Source of the DNA: a virus
Lineage: Duplodnaviria; Caudoviricetes
Direction: 5' to 3' (one strand)
DNA: 30,389 nt
Virus record (IMG/VR): IMGVR_UViG_3300012267_000019
Coordinates: 1 to 30,389 of that record
The notes under the pieces: model-generated
Seen by the model: only the letters and a program-made list of their open reading frames with translations
Told to the model about the DNA's origin: nothing
Databases searched by the model: none
Part shown: positions 1 through 11,200 of the stretch, piece by piece
Numbering within the stretch: position 1 is the stretch's first letter
Layout: each line of letters begins with the position of its first letter
Position numbers and translations under genes: made by a program

Positions 1-58
1 GCCCAAGGAGGAGCCCAAGGAAGAGCCCAAGGAAGAGCCCAAGGAAGAGCCTAAGCAG
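1..58 (+). repeat. 12-bp tandem repeat (GCCCAAGGARGA) encoding PKEE units
   Basis: Four near-identical copies followed by a degenerate PKQE copy; in frame within the scaffold-like ORF. Confidence 0.9.
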
Positions 59-1000
59 GAGGGTGACGAGCCTAGGGAAGAGCCCAAACAGGAGCCCAAG
101 CAGGAGCCGAGCACTGACCCCAAGGCCCCCGCGTCTGGCGAAGAGCCTGCGCCGGAGGGGGAGAGCGGGGACCAGCCACAGAAACTCCCTGGCGGAGAAC
201 AGCTCCCCCCTGATAATCACGCTGGACAACAGCAGCTTGACCCAGCTACTCTTGCTTATATGTTCCAGCAGCTTAGTGCTGGTAACCGGAATCAAGGGCA
301 GCAGTCACGGCAACAGCAAGAGCAGCAGTCACGGCAACAGCAAGAGCAGCAGCCGTACCAGCCGCCCAAGGACTGGAAGGAATACCTCACTGACGAGGAG
401 AAGCAAGTCCTCGACAGTTACGGGAAAGAGTGGGGGGAGGTAAGCGAGGCAGAGCAGATTCGCACTCAAGCTATCGCCCGCCACACGAGAGAGCAAGTCC
501 TGGCAGAAGTGAATCAAGTATTAGCGCCGATTGCTGAGCATATCCAGGAATCGAAGGTACAAACTCACTTTGGCAGGATTCGGGGAGCCCACGAAGACTT
601 CGACACACTGAAGCAAGGTGCGTTGCAGGGGTGGGTAAACCAACAGGCCAACCCGGTAATTCGGGAAGCCGCTGCACAGGTTTTGAGAGACGGCAGCGCA
701 GAGCAGGTGATTGGCCTGATAGACCTCTACAAGAAAGACGTAGGGGGTAACGGTACCGGACAATCGACGGGTGCAGCGCCAAATGTACCAGCCTCGTCTC
801 AAGTTCCGGCTAATAACGGGGGCACTACACGAGTGACAGAGCAGCCAACCCAACCGGCCAAACCGCCGAAACCCGCTGCTAACACCCGTGCGGCTTCCGC
901 AACAGCCGCAGTGAACACCGGCAGCCGTGGGTCCGACCCACGCGGCAGTGACCCGAACGACTTTGACTCGGGCTTTGCCGAAGAGCTTGCTGGAACCTGA
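2..1000 (+). CDS. Putative capsid scaffolding/assembly protein, 5'-truncated
   Basis: The frame of ORF 260..1000 is open back to position 2 (PKEEPKEEPKEE...DPATLAYMFQQ). It has an acidic, low-complexity N-terminus, a helical core and a short acidic C-terminal motif (DFDSGFAEELAGT). It lies directly upstream of the capsid gene, so the function is inferred from position and composition. Confidence 0.6.
   Translation, partial: PKEEPKEEPKEEPKEEPKQEGDEPREEPKQEPKQEPSTDPKAPASGEEPAPEGESGDQPQKLPGGEQLPPDNHAGQQQLDPATLAYMFQQLSAGNRNQGQQSRQQQEQQSRQQQEQQPYQPPKDWKEYLTDEEKQVLDSYGKEWGEVSEAEQIRTQAIARHTREQVLAEVNQVLAPIAEHIQESKVQTHFGRIRGAHEDFDTLKQGALQGWVNQQANPVIREAAAQVLRDGSAEQVIGLIDLYKKDVGGNGTGQSTGAAPNVPASSQVPANNGGTTRVTEQPTQPAKPPKPAANTRAASATAAVNTGSRGSDPRGSDPNDFDSGFAEELAGT
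298..352 (+). repeat. 24-bp tandem duplication GCAGCAGTCACGGCAACAGCAAGA (QQSRQQQE x2)
   Basis: Two exact copies plus a partial third, read directly. Confidence 0.9.
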
Positions 1001-1019
1001 TTGAACTGGAGAACGAGCA

Positions 1020-2075
1020 ATGACTACTAAATACGGTGATATTACCCCGCGTCAGGCAGGGCACTCCGTAGCCAACTTCCTGAAGCGTGCTGCCCCGAAC
1101 CTCATTATCGAGCGTTTCGGACAAGCGTATCCGCTCCCCAGGAACGCCACCAAGACTGCCAAGTTCCGTCGCTACTTCATGGAAGGTGCAACGGGTTCGG
1201 CCGGTAGCGATGCCGGTGCGTTCAACGTACCCAAGGGTAAGGTGATCGCAGAAGGTGTGACTCCTGCCGGGTCCAAGCTGGCGCACAAGGACTACGAAGT
1301 CTCCATCGTACAGTACGGCGACTGGATGGGCTTCACCGACGTGATGCAGGACACTCACGAGGACTTCCCGCAAGCCCTTCGTGAAATGACCGACATCCTC
1401 GGCGAGCAAGCGGCTCAGACTATGGAGGAACTGCGGTTCAACGTGCTGAAGGCCGGTACCAACGTCTTCTACGCTGACCTCGTGACCGCTCGTTCTGACG
1501 TGGACGCGCCGATTGACCTGGCTCTCCAGCGTCGTATCGTACGCGCCCTCAAGCGCCAGAACGCACGTCCTCACACCAGTATGATTACGTCCAGCCCGTC
1601 GTACCAGACCAAGCCCATCGAGCCCGCGTTTATCGCCCTGGTCCACCCGGACCTGGAGAATGACATTCGCAACCTCGTGGACGCCAACGGTAACCCGGCG
1701 TACATCAACACCAAGCACTACGCAGGTGTCGAGCCTATCCCCGGCGAGATCGGGTCCGTGGAGAACGTGCGTTACGTGTCCTCTACTGTCTTCGAAGCAT
1801 GGGAAAGCGCAGGTGCTGCCGTAGGCGTCACCGGGATGCTGGCGATGGACGACACCAATATCGACGTGTACCCGATCCTGTACCTGGCGCGTGACGCTTT
1901 CGGTACTGTGCCGCTCAAGGGCGCTCAGGCTGCCAGCATCACCGTCGTACAGCCCAAGCCGACCGAGACGGACCCGCTGGCACAGCGCGGTACCGCAGGT
2001 TGGAAGACTTGGCACGCCACTGTCATCCTTCAGGATGCGTTCATGATCCGTGCCGAGGTTGCCGCCACCGCGTAA
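1020..2075 (+). CDS. Major capsid protein, N4-gp56 family
   Basis: 351 aa with motifs typical of this family: YGDITPR, FGQ..PLP.N.TKTAKFRRY, EGVTP.G, QYGD, GEIGSVENVRYV, DVYPIL and DPLAQRGTAGWK. GGAG upstream; strongly C/G-ending codons. Confidence 0.9.
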   Translation: MTTKYGDITPRQAGHSVANFLKRAAPNLIIERFGQAYPLPRNATKTAKFRRYFMEGATGSAGSDAGAFNVPKGKVIAEGVTPAGSKLAHKDYEVSIVQYGDWMGFTDVMQDTHEDFPQALREMTDILGEQAAQTMEELRFNVLKAGTNVFYADLVTARSDVDAPIDLALQRRIVRALKRQNARPHTSMITSSPSYQTKPIEPAFIALVHPDLENDIRNLVDANGNPAYINTKHYAGVEPIPGEIGSVENVRYVSSTVFEAWESAGAAVGVTGMLAMDDTNIDVYPILYLARDAFGTVPLKGAQAASITVVQPKPTETDPLAQRGTAGWKTWHATVILQDAFMIRAEVAATA

Positions 2076-2083
2076 CCGGAGGG

Positions 2084-2105
2084 GGGCCGGGGGAAACCTC
2101 GGCCC
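2084..2105 (+). promoter_or_regulatory. GC-rich hairpin with GAAA tetraloop after the capsid gene (weak terminator, RNA stabiliser or RBS-assisting structure)
   Basis: GGGCCGGGG-GAAA-CCTCGGCCC forms a 9-bp stem with one G-U pair. No real U-tract follows (TAGCTACTT). Confidence 0.6.
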
Positions 2106-2114
2106 TAGCTACTT

Positions 2115-2378
2115 ATGATGCCCAACTCATTTCGAGTGGAAGTTGCGGACAACGGTTTCGTGGTGCGTTACGACGACCCCGAGATCGTGAAGAAGAACCG
2201 CGCCGCGGATGGCCCATACATTGACGAAGAGCATATGGCGGTATTTCCCGACGTGGCCTCGCTGAAGGCAGGGCTAGATTTAGTAATCGAAAGCGTCATT
2301 GCGTCGGCAGAAGAAAGCGCTAAAGAGCGTGCTGACGAATTTGACGAGGCTTTCGAGGCAACATCAAAAGAGGACTAA
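2115..2378 (+). CDS. Small acidic hypothetical protein
   Basis: 87-aa ORF filling the gap between the capsid gene and the next gene, on the operon strand. Confidence 0.7.
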   Translation: MMPNSFRVEVADNGFVVRYDDPEIVKKNRAADGPYIDEEHMAVFPDVASLKAGLDLVIESVIASAEESAKERADEFDEAFEATSKED

Positions 2379-2381
2379 ACC

Positions 2382-2855
2382 ATGCCAGATGAACCGATTT
2401 ACAATGAGTTGGACAACGACCTTCATAACGAGGGCAATGACGGTGCGTCCACCGTACAGCCGCCCGAGAAGGAATCCGAGAACGACCCCGTAGAAAAAGA
2501 AGGTGGCAAGGGTAACCGCGCTAGTGCGGCCGGCAAGGCAGCCACTACCCGTCAGAAGTCTGCGGACAAGGTGGGGGCTTCGGCGGGCAAGCGAAAGTCT
2601 ACCAAGAAGCTCAAAGAATACACTATCATGCTCAATGACAGCTCCCAGTTCCCTCCTGGCGGACTGACATTGGGCCTCAACGGGACATTCAAGACTATCC
2701 CCGCAGAGGTTCCGGTTAAGTTGAACCAGAACTGGATGGAAATTCTTAACCACGCCACGCAGACTGAACCGCGTGTTGACGACAATGGCCGCATTATCGG
2801 CGTACGTAACGTACCTAGGTTCCCCTATCGTATTGTTCCTGACGAAGAGGAGTAA
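2382..2855 (+). CDS. Hypothetical protein, probably head-associated
   Basis: 157 aa with GAGGA RBS; disordered charged N-half and globular C-half ending VPRFPYRIV; lies in the head gene cluster. Confidence 0.7.
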   Translation: MPDEPIYNELDNDLHNEGNDGASTVQPPEKESENDPVEKEGGKGNRASAAGKAATTRQKSADKVGASAGKRKSTKKLKEYTIMLNDSSQFPPGGLTLGLNGTFKTIPAEVPVKLNQNWMEILNHATQTEPRVDDNGRIIGVRNVPRFPYRIVPDEEE

Positions 2856-2861
2856 GCCCGG

Positions 2862-3599
2862 ATGAAAGTCTCGCAGCTTTTGAGCGAGCTTCAGGGCAAC
2901 ATACTGCGTGACACGAGTCACGCAGTGCGCGGGCAAGGTTCCAGTCAATGGAACCTTGCTTCGCTTGTGGCCTACCTGTCTGAAGCCGCCGACATCATGG
3001 CCGAGGAGACCCACTGCATAGTGGATTCGTCTACCCCGGAGATAACAGAAATTACGTTGGTCACAGGGGAAGACGTGTACGACCTCAGTGACCGTATCAT
3101 TGACGTTAAGTCGGTGCGTGTAGGTTACCGCAGGACAGGGAGAAGGCTCCGCCAGGTAACTACGCATGAAATGGAAGACGGGTCGGAAGACATCACCACT
3201 GCGTACCCTACGAAGCTGTACAGCCGTCCTGGAGAGCCCTTTGCGTTTGCTTTGGACGAAGCATCAAACCAACTACGTATCTACCCTACCCCTAGAACCG
3301 AGGACGAAGGCGTAGTCGTTTACCTACGGGTGAGCAGGCTCCCCTTGAACCCGTTGCCCGTACCCGTGGACAACGACCCAGATTCGGATGTAGAGCCTGA
3401 GGTACCCGTACAGCGGCACCTTGACTTGTGCGAGTGGGCTGCATATCGGGCCTTGCGCAATCACGATACCGATGTTGAGAACATTCCCAAGGCGACGACT
3501 CACCGGAATCAGTGGGACCGGACTATATCGAAGATGCGCAAACGGTGGAGACGCAAGCACCTCTTACCTGCTACATTTGGCGTTAGAGTAAACAACTGA
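2862..3599 (+). CDS. Putative head-tail adaptor / tail tubular protein
   Basis: 245 aa with GAGGAG RBS. Pattern LRD...W....LVAYLSEA ... LRIYPTP ... EPEVP...H.DL.EWAAYRAL...D resembles podovirus adaptor proteins. Confidence 0.6.
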   Translation: MKVSQLLSELQGNILRDTSHAVRGQGSSQWNLASLVAYLSEAADIMAEETHCIVDSSTPEITEITLVTGEDVYDLSDRIIDVKSVRVGYRRTGRRLRQVTTHEMEDGSEDITTAYPTKLYSRPGEPFAFALDEASNQLRIYPTPRTEDEGVVVYLRVSRLPLNPLPVPVDNDPDSDVEPEVPVQRHLDLCEWAAYRALRNHDTDVENIPKATTHRNQWDRTISKMRKRWRRKHLLPATFGVRVNN

Positions 3600-3609
3600 G
3601 GAGAGTGTC

Positions 3610-5226
3610 ATGGCGCTCCAGCCGGAACAAAGGCGACTCGATACACCCCCGCAGCAACGCACTGCTTATCGTCGGGACATCGACGCGGCGTATGCGCGGG
3701 CGGACGAGGTAGGTAGGCAGCAGAATTGGAGCAGCATCGCCCCGATGTTGCAGGCGGCAGGCCGAGGAATCGGCGCTGGTGCGGACCCCGTGGGCCAGCA
3801 GCAGAACTTCGACTTTGGGGGGAACAGCCCTGGCTCCGTCTCGGCCAGGGGGATAAGAGACGGCGTTTCGGGTACGCTGGACTACTTGCAGAATACAGCC
3901 GCAGCCGGTGGTGCGAACGTCAGGCGCGGGGTCGGTGCCCTAGCCGGTGCAGGACTTGACTACATGAGGAACGAGTTTAGCGACGTTGACAACGCAGCAG
4001 GGGCCATCGAGAGCCAATTCAATGCAGGGCCTCAGCCTACACCCCGTCCCCCCGAGCTGCTGAGGGCGCCCCCGCCTGACCTTCTCCGTGCTCCGGCTCC
4101 GGCTCCGGGGCCTGACGTTCCTCAGTACACCGCCCCGGCGACCATGCCCGCTGTACAGTCCGCTGTGGACCGGCTCACGGGACAGCCTACGGTCACTCCC
4201 GGTAACGCAGGCGTACCGACCGCAGGTGCAGGCCAGCCCGCCCCCTCGGGCGCCCCTGGCGTGGACACTCCTGGGGCGCCTTCGCGTGCCCCGGCGTCGG
4301 CCGGTCAGCCGAGCAATGTCTACTCTGATGCAGCTACGCCGCAGTACAGCGCTCAGAGGTCAGTAGCCCCTACGCAGAGCCAGACACAAGCCCCGGCACA
4401 GGCGCAAGCCCCGGTGCCAGCAGGACAGTCAGGCAACGTCTACTCGGACTCAGCTACACCTCAATACAGCGCGTCTAGTACGGCGGCCAATGGTATTCCG
4501 CAGGGTGGCGGTACGGTCAACTTCACTCCCGCAGGAGGGGGTGGATTCGGTGTGGGTGGTGGCTTACGGCAGCCTGGAGGAGAGCTTGTGGCTGCTTTCC
4601 TGGAAGCGAGGGACAACTATGCTGGAATGAACGGCAACAACAGTACGTTAGGAGAACGAGGCCGTGCGTTGAACGTACTGCGGGCCATGGGCCAGCAGGC
4701 AGGCGTAGAGCAGCAGGCGCAAGCCAGCATGTACGGCGACGACGTAGGCGGACAGTCACGCTTAGGCGTAGCGGACATCAACAGGGACTCTAGCCTTGGC
4801 AGCACAGCCCTCCAGCAGATGGGAGGGATGGATCGTACGCTTATTGGAGACCGGACCACTCGTAGGGCGAACGATATGGACTACGAGATCGGCATGATTA
4901 ACGCCGGGGCCAACCAAACGAACGCTCAGACGAACGCCAATTCCGGTCAACCGAGCGACTTCCAGCGGGCGGTAGAGTCAGTATCGTTGCAGTTATTCCA
5001 GAGCGGAGACCTGAGTCTCCCGGCAGCTACAACTATAGCGTCAGGTGAAGCGCTTGAGCCGGACAGGATTATATTTAACGACATGGGTGCGCCCGTAGCT
5101 ATGAACACTGCGAACGGCGTAGAGGGCATGACGCCTCAGATGGCTACCTTACTACATGCCATGGGAGCGCTCAATGACGACCAGTTGGCGAGGATGAATA
5201 ACCTCTACCAAAGCGCAGGGCAGTGA
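3610..5226 (+). CDS. Putative internal virion (DNA ejection) protein
   Basis: 538 aa, rich in A/G/Q/P and low complexity, with GAGGAG RBS. Sits before the giant protein, where podovirus ejection proteins are usually encoded. Confidence 0.55.
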   Translation: MALQPEQRRLDTPPQQRTAYRRDIDAAYARADEVGRQQNWSSIAPMLQAAGRGIGAGADPVGQQQNFDFGGNSPGSVSARGIRDGVSGTLDYLQNTAAAGGANVRRGVGALAGAGLDYMRNEFSDVDNAAGAIESQFNAGPQPTPRPPELLRAPPPDLLRAPAPAPGPDVPQYTAPATMPAVQSAVDRLTGQPTVTPGNAGVPTAGAGQPAPSGAPGVDTPGAPSRAPASAGQPSNVYSDAATPQYSAQRSVAPTQSQTQAPAQAQAPVPAGQSGNVYSDSATPQYSASSTAANGIPQGGGTVNFTPAGGGGFGVGGGLRQPGGELVAAFLEARDNYAGMNGNNSTLGERGRALNVLRAMGQQAGVEQQAQASMYGDDVGGQSRLGVADINRDSSLGSTALQQMGGMDRTLIGDRTTRRANDMDYEIGMINAGANQTNAQTNANSGQPSDFQRAVESVSLQLFQSGDLSLPAATTIASGEALEPDRIIFNDMGAPVAMNTANGVEGMTPQMATLLHAMGALNDDQLARMNNLYQSAGQ

Positions 5227-5233
5227 GGCTGAT

Positions 5234-8200
5234 ATGGCTACAGGACTAGGGATCGGGGTAGACCCGGCTGCGGAGGCTGCGAAGGGTGCAGTGGAGGCGT
5301 ACCGCAACCGGAGGAGTGCGCCTTCTACTCAGGACATGCAGTACTTGGCTGAGTTAGTCCGCAATAATACGCGTGACCGCAGTCGTACGTTTGGCGAGGT
5401 TGCCGGTGATACCGGGTTGTCGCTGCTAGGGGGCGCCATAGACCTCGGGCAAGCGACGTACGGCATAGGCAACATGGCCACCCTGGGTACCCTAGACGAG
5501 GTGACGGGGGGTTTCTCCGGGAACTTCCGTGAGGCGGGGGACGCTGTGCAGGGCTGGCAGTCTGAGCCCCTGCAATTACGTAGGGAGGACGCCAACGCGG
5601 CGTTCGATGACGGCCTCGTGTCTGGTGCTCAGGCGTACTTGAGCGACCCTAGCCTACTTTGGGACATAGCCGGACGTGCGGTACCTTCTCTGATCCCTAC
5701 CGTAGCCGCAGGTGGAATGGCTGCCCGGACGGTAGGCGCTGTTGCAGGCAAGGAAGCTGCGCAGAAAGCTGCCACTACAGCCGCTATCCGCACAGGTGGG
5801 GCACAGATAGCGGGCTCCACCAACGTGGAAGCTGTCCGCACGCTGCGAGAACAGGACGTAGACGGCGTTGCTCGTCCTCTCCTGGGTCTAGGCGCAGGTC
5901 TGGTGGCAGGCATCGGAGGCGGGGCTATAAGCCGGTTCACAGGCGCGGGCGCCTTGGAGGGTGCCGTGGGCCGCAGGTTGGCCGGTGTCGGCGGCACAGG
6001 GGCTGGTGTGGGCGCTGTGAAGGGCGCAGTCGGCGGCATCGGCCGTGAGGCGACGGAAGAGGCCCTGCAAAGCACCCTGGAGACTACCGCTGTCAACGCT
6101 GTGGCTCCCGACAACACGTTGGGACAAGGTGTAGGAAAGGCTGCGGTTATGGGCGGCATCGGCGGTGGCCTGATCGGTGGACCCCTGGGTGCTTACGCCG
6201 GTATGGCTAACCCCCCGGCTCCTGACGCCCCGGCTAGAGCAGCGGATGACCCTGGACTGCCCAACGTGGACCTGTTCGGCCGTGAAGTATCCACGGAGGG
6301 ACCGGCCGCGCCTACACCAGAACAGCTTGATATGCAGATCAGGGCACGTGCTGACGATCTTATCGAAACCAGCGGGTACACAGACGCCGAGGCAATGCAG
6401 CAGGCGACGAGGGAGATTGAGCCCCCGGACTTTTCCCTTGCAGCTACTCCCGACGAGATTGACGTGCGTATCAGGGAGCGTGCCACGGGACTTGTCGAGA
6501 ACGAAGGGTTTACAGAGGCTCAGGCATTACAGCAGGCGACACAGGAGCTGTCACCTCAGCAGGAGCTTGGTCTTGAGATCGAGCAGGAGCCGGAGTTACG
6601 GCTTACCGGCGAGGAGCAGCGTGCGGCTGACCTGGGTGGCGTCCTTATACAGAACGAAATTCTGTTCGAGGGCGAGAACGGCAACATCGAGGTGAACCCT
6701 GAGCAGCAAGCCTTGTTTGACCAGGCTACTGAAGGCATGACGCGGGAACAGTGGGACGCTACCCTGCAAAGGATAATGGATGTACGTAAGAAAGCGCGGG
6801 AAGAAGGTGCGCGTGTACGCCAACAGGTAGAAGAAACGACTCGGGTTAATCAGCAAGCCGGTGTAACTGAGGGTGACATTCGGTCGGCCAAGCAGGTAGA
6901 GGTCGAAGAAAAGCAAGCCCGAGTAGAGGCCGAGACACTATCCAAGTACAAGGAAAGCGTAGACGAGGAAGGAAACAGGAAGTACACCCGGTACGATCCC
7001 TACGAACAGCGGCTAGTGACAATAGACAGAGGAGAGGCTGTAAGGGATGCTCGCCGCGTAGTCGAGGAGCAGGACGCCCGTGCGCAGGAACAGCAGGAAG
7101 CCCTGGAAGCCGAGGCTAGAGAAGCTGCTCGTCCGGTAGACGAGAAGTGGAGGAGCTGGCTGGACGAGAGCGAGACGTTTGAGGTCAAGAAGAACAACCT
7201 CAACAAGAACAACAAAGAGTGGCAGCGGTTTAAGCAGGCAGCGCTTGACGCCAACATAGCACCGGGTACCCCGGAGGCTGGGGTGTTCCTGTCTGACATG
7301 GCCAACGAATTGGGCAAGTCGGCTACGAAAGCGGGTGTCTTGGGCAGGACCCTGGGCACCGTGTATGACGTTACGACTGACATGGACCCGGTACCTGCTA
7401 CGCCTGCGACGGAGCCAGAGCAACAAGTTGGTACGCAGCAAGAGCGTGACGATAGGTTGCTGGACCCGACTACGGCTCCTGTCGAGCCCCCTGCCGAGCC
7501 CGTGGTCGATACGCCCGCAGATTCTGCGCCTATCCAGGACCTGGAGGCACGGCAATCGGCAGGCGCCCCGTTGGTACCTGCTCTGTACACCCCCGATGGG
7601 CTGCCCTTCGATAACCGTAAGCAAGCCAACGATGCGAAGCGTCGTCGGTGGCTCAAGGACATCGCTATTGAGAATAACGTCAAGATAGCTGACTTGAAAG
7701 CCGAAGAGATACCCGGCCGAGGGTGGGTGCTCAAGGTGCAGACGTACGATGACTTCAGCCCGCAGCAGGCACAAGAGCAACAGATCGAGGAACAGCAAGA
7801 GATACAACAGCAGGAGCAAGAGGCTGCTGCTGACCCCGTACTTCAGAAAGCAGAGGAAGCGGTTATACCTCCTGCCGAGAAGTCAGATATAGCTTTGCAA
7901 CAGAAGCAGGCTAACGTAGAGCGTATACAGAGGAGAGTAGAGGGCTACTACCTTGACGAAGCTAAGAAGGGCGAGAGCCGCACTGAGTTCTACAAGCGCA
8001 AGGGCAAGGATTACCTGAGAGACGAGCTAGTGTTGGCGTCTAGCATGGAAGAGCTGGACACTATGTACGCCTCTATCATGGACACGCCCACGGCTAAGGC
8101 CATGTCCGTGGAGGACAAGCGTGAGCTTGTTGCCATATACAACGGCACGGCTGACCGTGGCAACTTCATGAGGGTAAACCCGGAGGACGATACGGTAATT

Positions 8201-11200
8201 GACTACCGTACGGCAGCGCAGCGTCAGGAGGACGGGGCTACCCCCGAGCCACCTCCTAGCCGCAGCCCTCGTCGCAAGAGAAAACAGGACGCCAAGAAAG
8301 GCAAAGGTAAAGAGCAAGAAGAAACGCTCCTGACTCCTGACACACTAGACGACATCATGGGCAACAACCCTGACGTACAGTTTCACCAGACGGTTGCGGA
8401 CTATAAGAAAGCAACGGGTAGGTACGCGCCTACGGATGCCGCAGGTGTGTTCGACAACGATGGCGTCCACGCTATCCTGTCGAACATAAAAACGGCAGAA
8501 CACTTGGCAGAAGTAATCGCTCATGAAGGAGCACACAAAGGTATCCGATCAATGCTGGGGGACAGGGTGTCGGCTGTCACCAACAGGTTGTGGGCCAACG
8601 CTGCCTTGCGTGAACGTATCCGTACCAAGATGCGCAACCAGTCTCTGGATAGGGCCGGAGCTGCGGAAGAAGTCTTGGTGGACATGATAGCGGCGAACGA
8701 GAGGCTTACTGGGGACGTGTGGACCAAGATAAAGTCTGCTGTCCAGGCTACGTTCGAGTCCACCCTGGGGGTGAGTAAGTACCGTGTGACGGATCGGCAG
8801 GTGGACGCGCTTCTTGACGACGTGGCCAGGGCTACTAGAGGAGAGGATGTTATTAACCGGGGGTACCAGCCCCTGAGCGAGAACGACTTTCTCGATACGT
8901 TGATAGGCAAGCCGCAGGCCATCACTCAGAGCCAACGGTTCTCTCGTGTAATGGAGACGCTTAACCGTGGGAGACCGGATGTACCGGGCAGACAGAACGC
9001 TATAGGGGAGGCAATAAAAGAAGCGACCAACGTAAGCCGCACGTCTTTACGAGACATATTAACCAACATCAAGAGCGGGCAGTACGGCCGTGCGTTCTTG
9101 CCGTTTGTCCCTCTGAACCAGATTTACAACTTGTACGGGCGTAACTTCGACCACGTTATAACGGCTGAGGACGGCACTACCGAAGTGCGCAATACCTTCC
9201 GGGACTTGAACACGCTGAAAGGTGAGCAGGAGGCCCGGTTCAACCAGCGTCTGGCGCGTAAGCGGGACATAGAGCTGGACGGGGAGACTTTCCATTCGTC
9301 AGTGATGGAGCTATCCGACCGGGGGCAAGCGTTCCAGCGGCACAGCCCCGAGAAGGTCGATGACTTGAACTCAGTCCTACAGGAGACTTCGTTCTTCCAG
9401 GTGTGGCCGCAAAAGGCGTGGGAAGACCAGCCAGGTATCAACTACAAGCGGTACAACATGACGCCCGAGGAGCGCAAGGCGGCGTGGGAAGTCCTCAGCC
9501 GCAAGTATAACAACCTGGGCACCGAGGGTCAGACGCTGTACCGGGAAATGCAGGCATCGTACCGTGATGCGGCGGTGTCTCACCTCAACGCGATTGAGGC
9601 GGAGTTGCGGCGCATCACAGGGCGTACCAAGGGCGAGCCCTTGCCGGATGACCACATCCTCCGGGTAGCTCGGAGACAGCTCACTAACGGCCCGTACTCT
9701 CCGTTGATCCGCCACGGTGACCACTTGGTCATAGTGAGGGGGCCGGAGGGCACTGAACACTTATCTGGGCACGATACTCAGACCGAGGCCGAGGCCATGC
9801 GGGTGGCGATGTCCAAGCAATACCCGGCCGTGGACGGCTTCACGGTGTCTCGTACGCTGAACAGCACGGAAAACGGAGTGTTCTCCGGCCTCAACCAGCA
9901 ACAGCTCGACGCGCTTGAGTCTTCCGTCGTCAACGCGATACCGGAAGACTCGCCACCGGAGACGGCTAAGCTCATACGGGACGCGTTGACTGAGACATAC
10001 CTGAAGATGCTTCCTGCCAGTTCCTTCGGTAAGTTCTCCAACCGCAGGAAGAACGTTTCTGGTTACAGCATGGATGGGCTTCGAGCGTACTCAGACTACT
10101 CCCTGAAGGCCGCACGTCGTATATCTGCTATAGAGTACGACGGGCGTATCAGCCAGGCTATTACGGGTATGCAGGAGCATATCAGGGCTAAGGCGGCAGC
10201 GATTGAGCCGGGTCAGATGGACGACGAAGGGCGGGTGGTAAATACCGAGCTTGAGCAGTCGGTGGTGGACAAGGTGCAGTCACAGCACCAGGCAGCGTTG
10301 AACAAGAGTTACAGTAAGCTGGCTTCTACGCTGTCAGGTGCAGGCTTCCTGTACATGATGACCTCTCCGTCACAGTTGTTCGTGAACGCTACCCAGACGT
10401 TTATGGTCGCGATGCCTAGGTTGGCTGCTAGGTACGGAGGGGCTAACACGTTGGCCATAGGCAAAGAAGCCATGGCCAACTTCACCAAGAGCGGAGGAGA
10501 CTTCCTTAGCGAGAAGGCGGCGACGAACGGGTCGGCAGCCACGGGTGTTAGGTCGGTTATGCAAAGGCTGTTCGAGGACGGTACTTTGGACTTCACGTTC
10601 TCTATGGACATGACGGACGCAGCCAACGGCGAGTCCGGGCAGCTTAATGCTACTTGGAGAAAGACGGTCGAGAGCATGTCTGTGTGGATACACAAGTCTG
10701 AGGTGTTCAACCGGCAGATGACGGCATACATGGCGACTAGGATGCACGCGGCCGAGAACAACATGGACCTGGAGAACTTGAGTGACACAGACCTGGATAT
10801 GCTGCACCGAGTGGCTAAAGATGCCGTGGACTCTACGCAGTTCAACTACTCGCAGTCAAACAAGGCTGAGATGCTACAAGGGCCTGTTCGTAGGCTGGTG
10901 GGCCAGTTCCAGCAGTACAGGTTGAACATGATCGCTATGATGGCGAAGGACATACGTGACTCCATGGGCGGCAATAAAGCTACTGCGGAGGAACGGTCGT
11001 TGGCGCGTAAGTCTCTGGCCTACATGCTTGGTACGCAGCTCGCCTTCACAGGCGCTGTAGGTACCGCGCTATCCCCGATAGCGTTCGCCATCATGGACGC
11101 GTTCGGTAGCGACGATGAAGATTTCGTGGACAGCCGTACGGCTCTTCTCCAGGCGGTGCCTACGTTTGTATCCCACGGCTTTATGGGTGGGGTGCTCAAC

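Noticed and set aside
1-352. Short tandem repeats as a possible CRISPR array or origin iterons
   Set aside because: Units are 12 and 24 bp, in frame, without unique spacers, and encode low-complexity peptide.
879-2015. 378-aa antisense ORF over the capsid gene, and other long antisense or alternate-frame ORFs
   Set aside because: These are shadow ORFs expected from GC-rich codon bias; they have no recognisable motifs and conflict with the two-arm layout.
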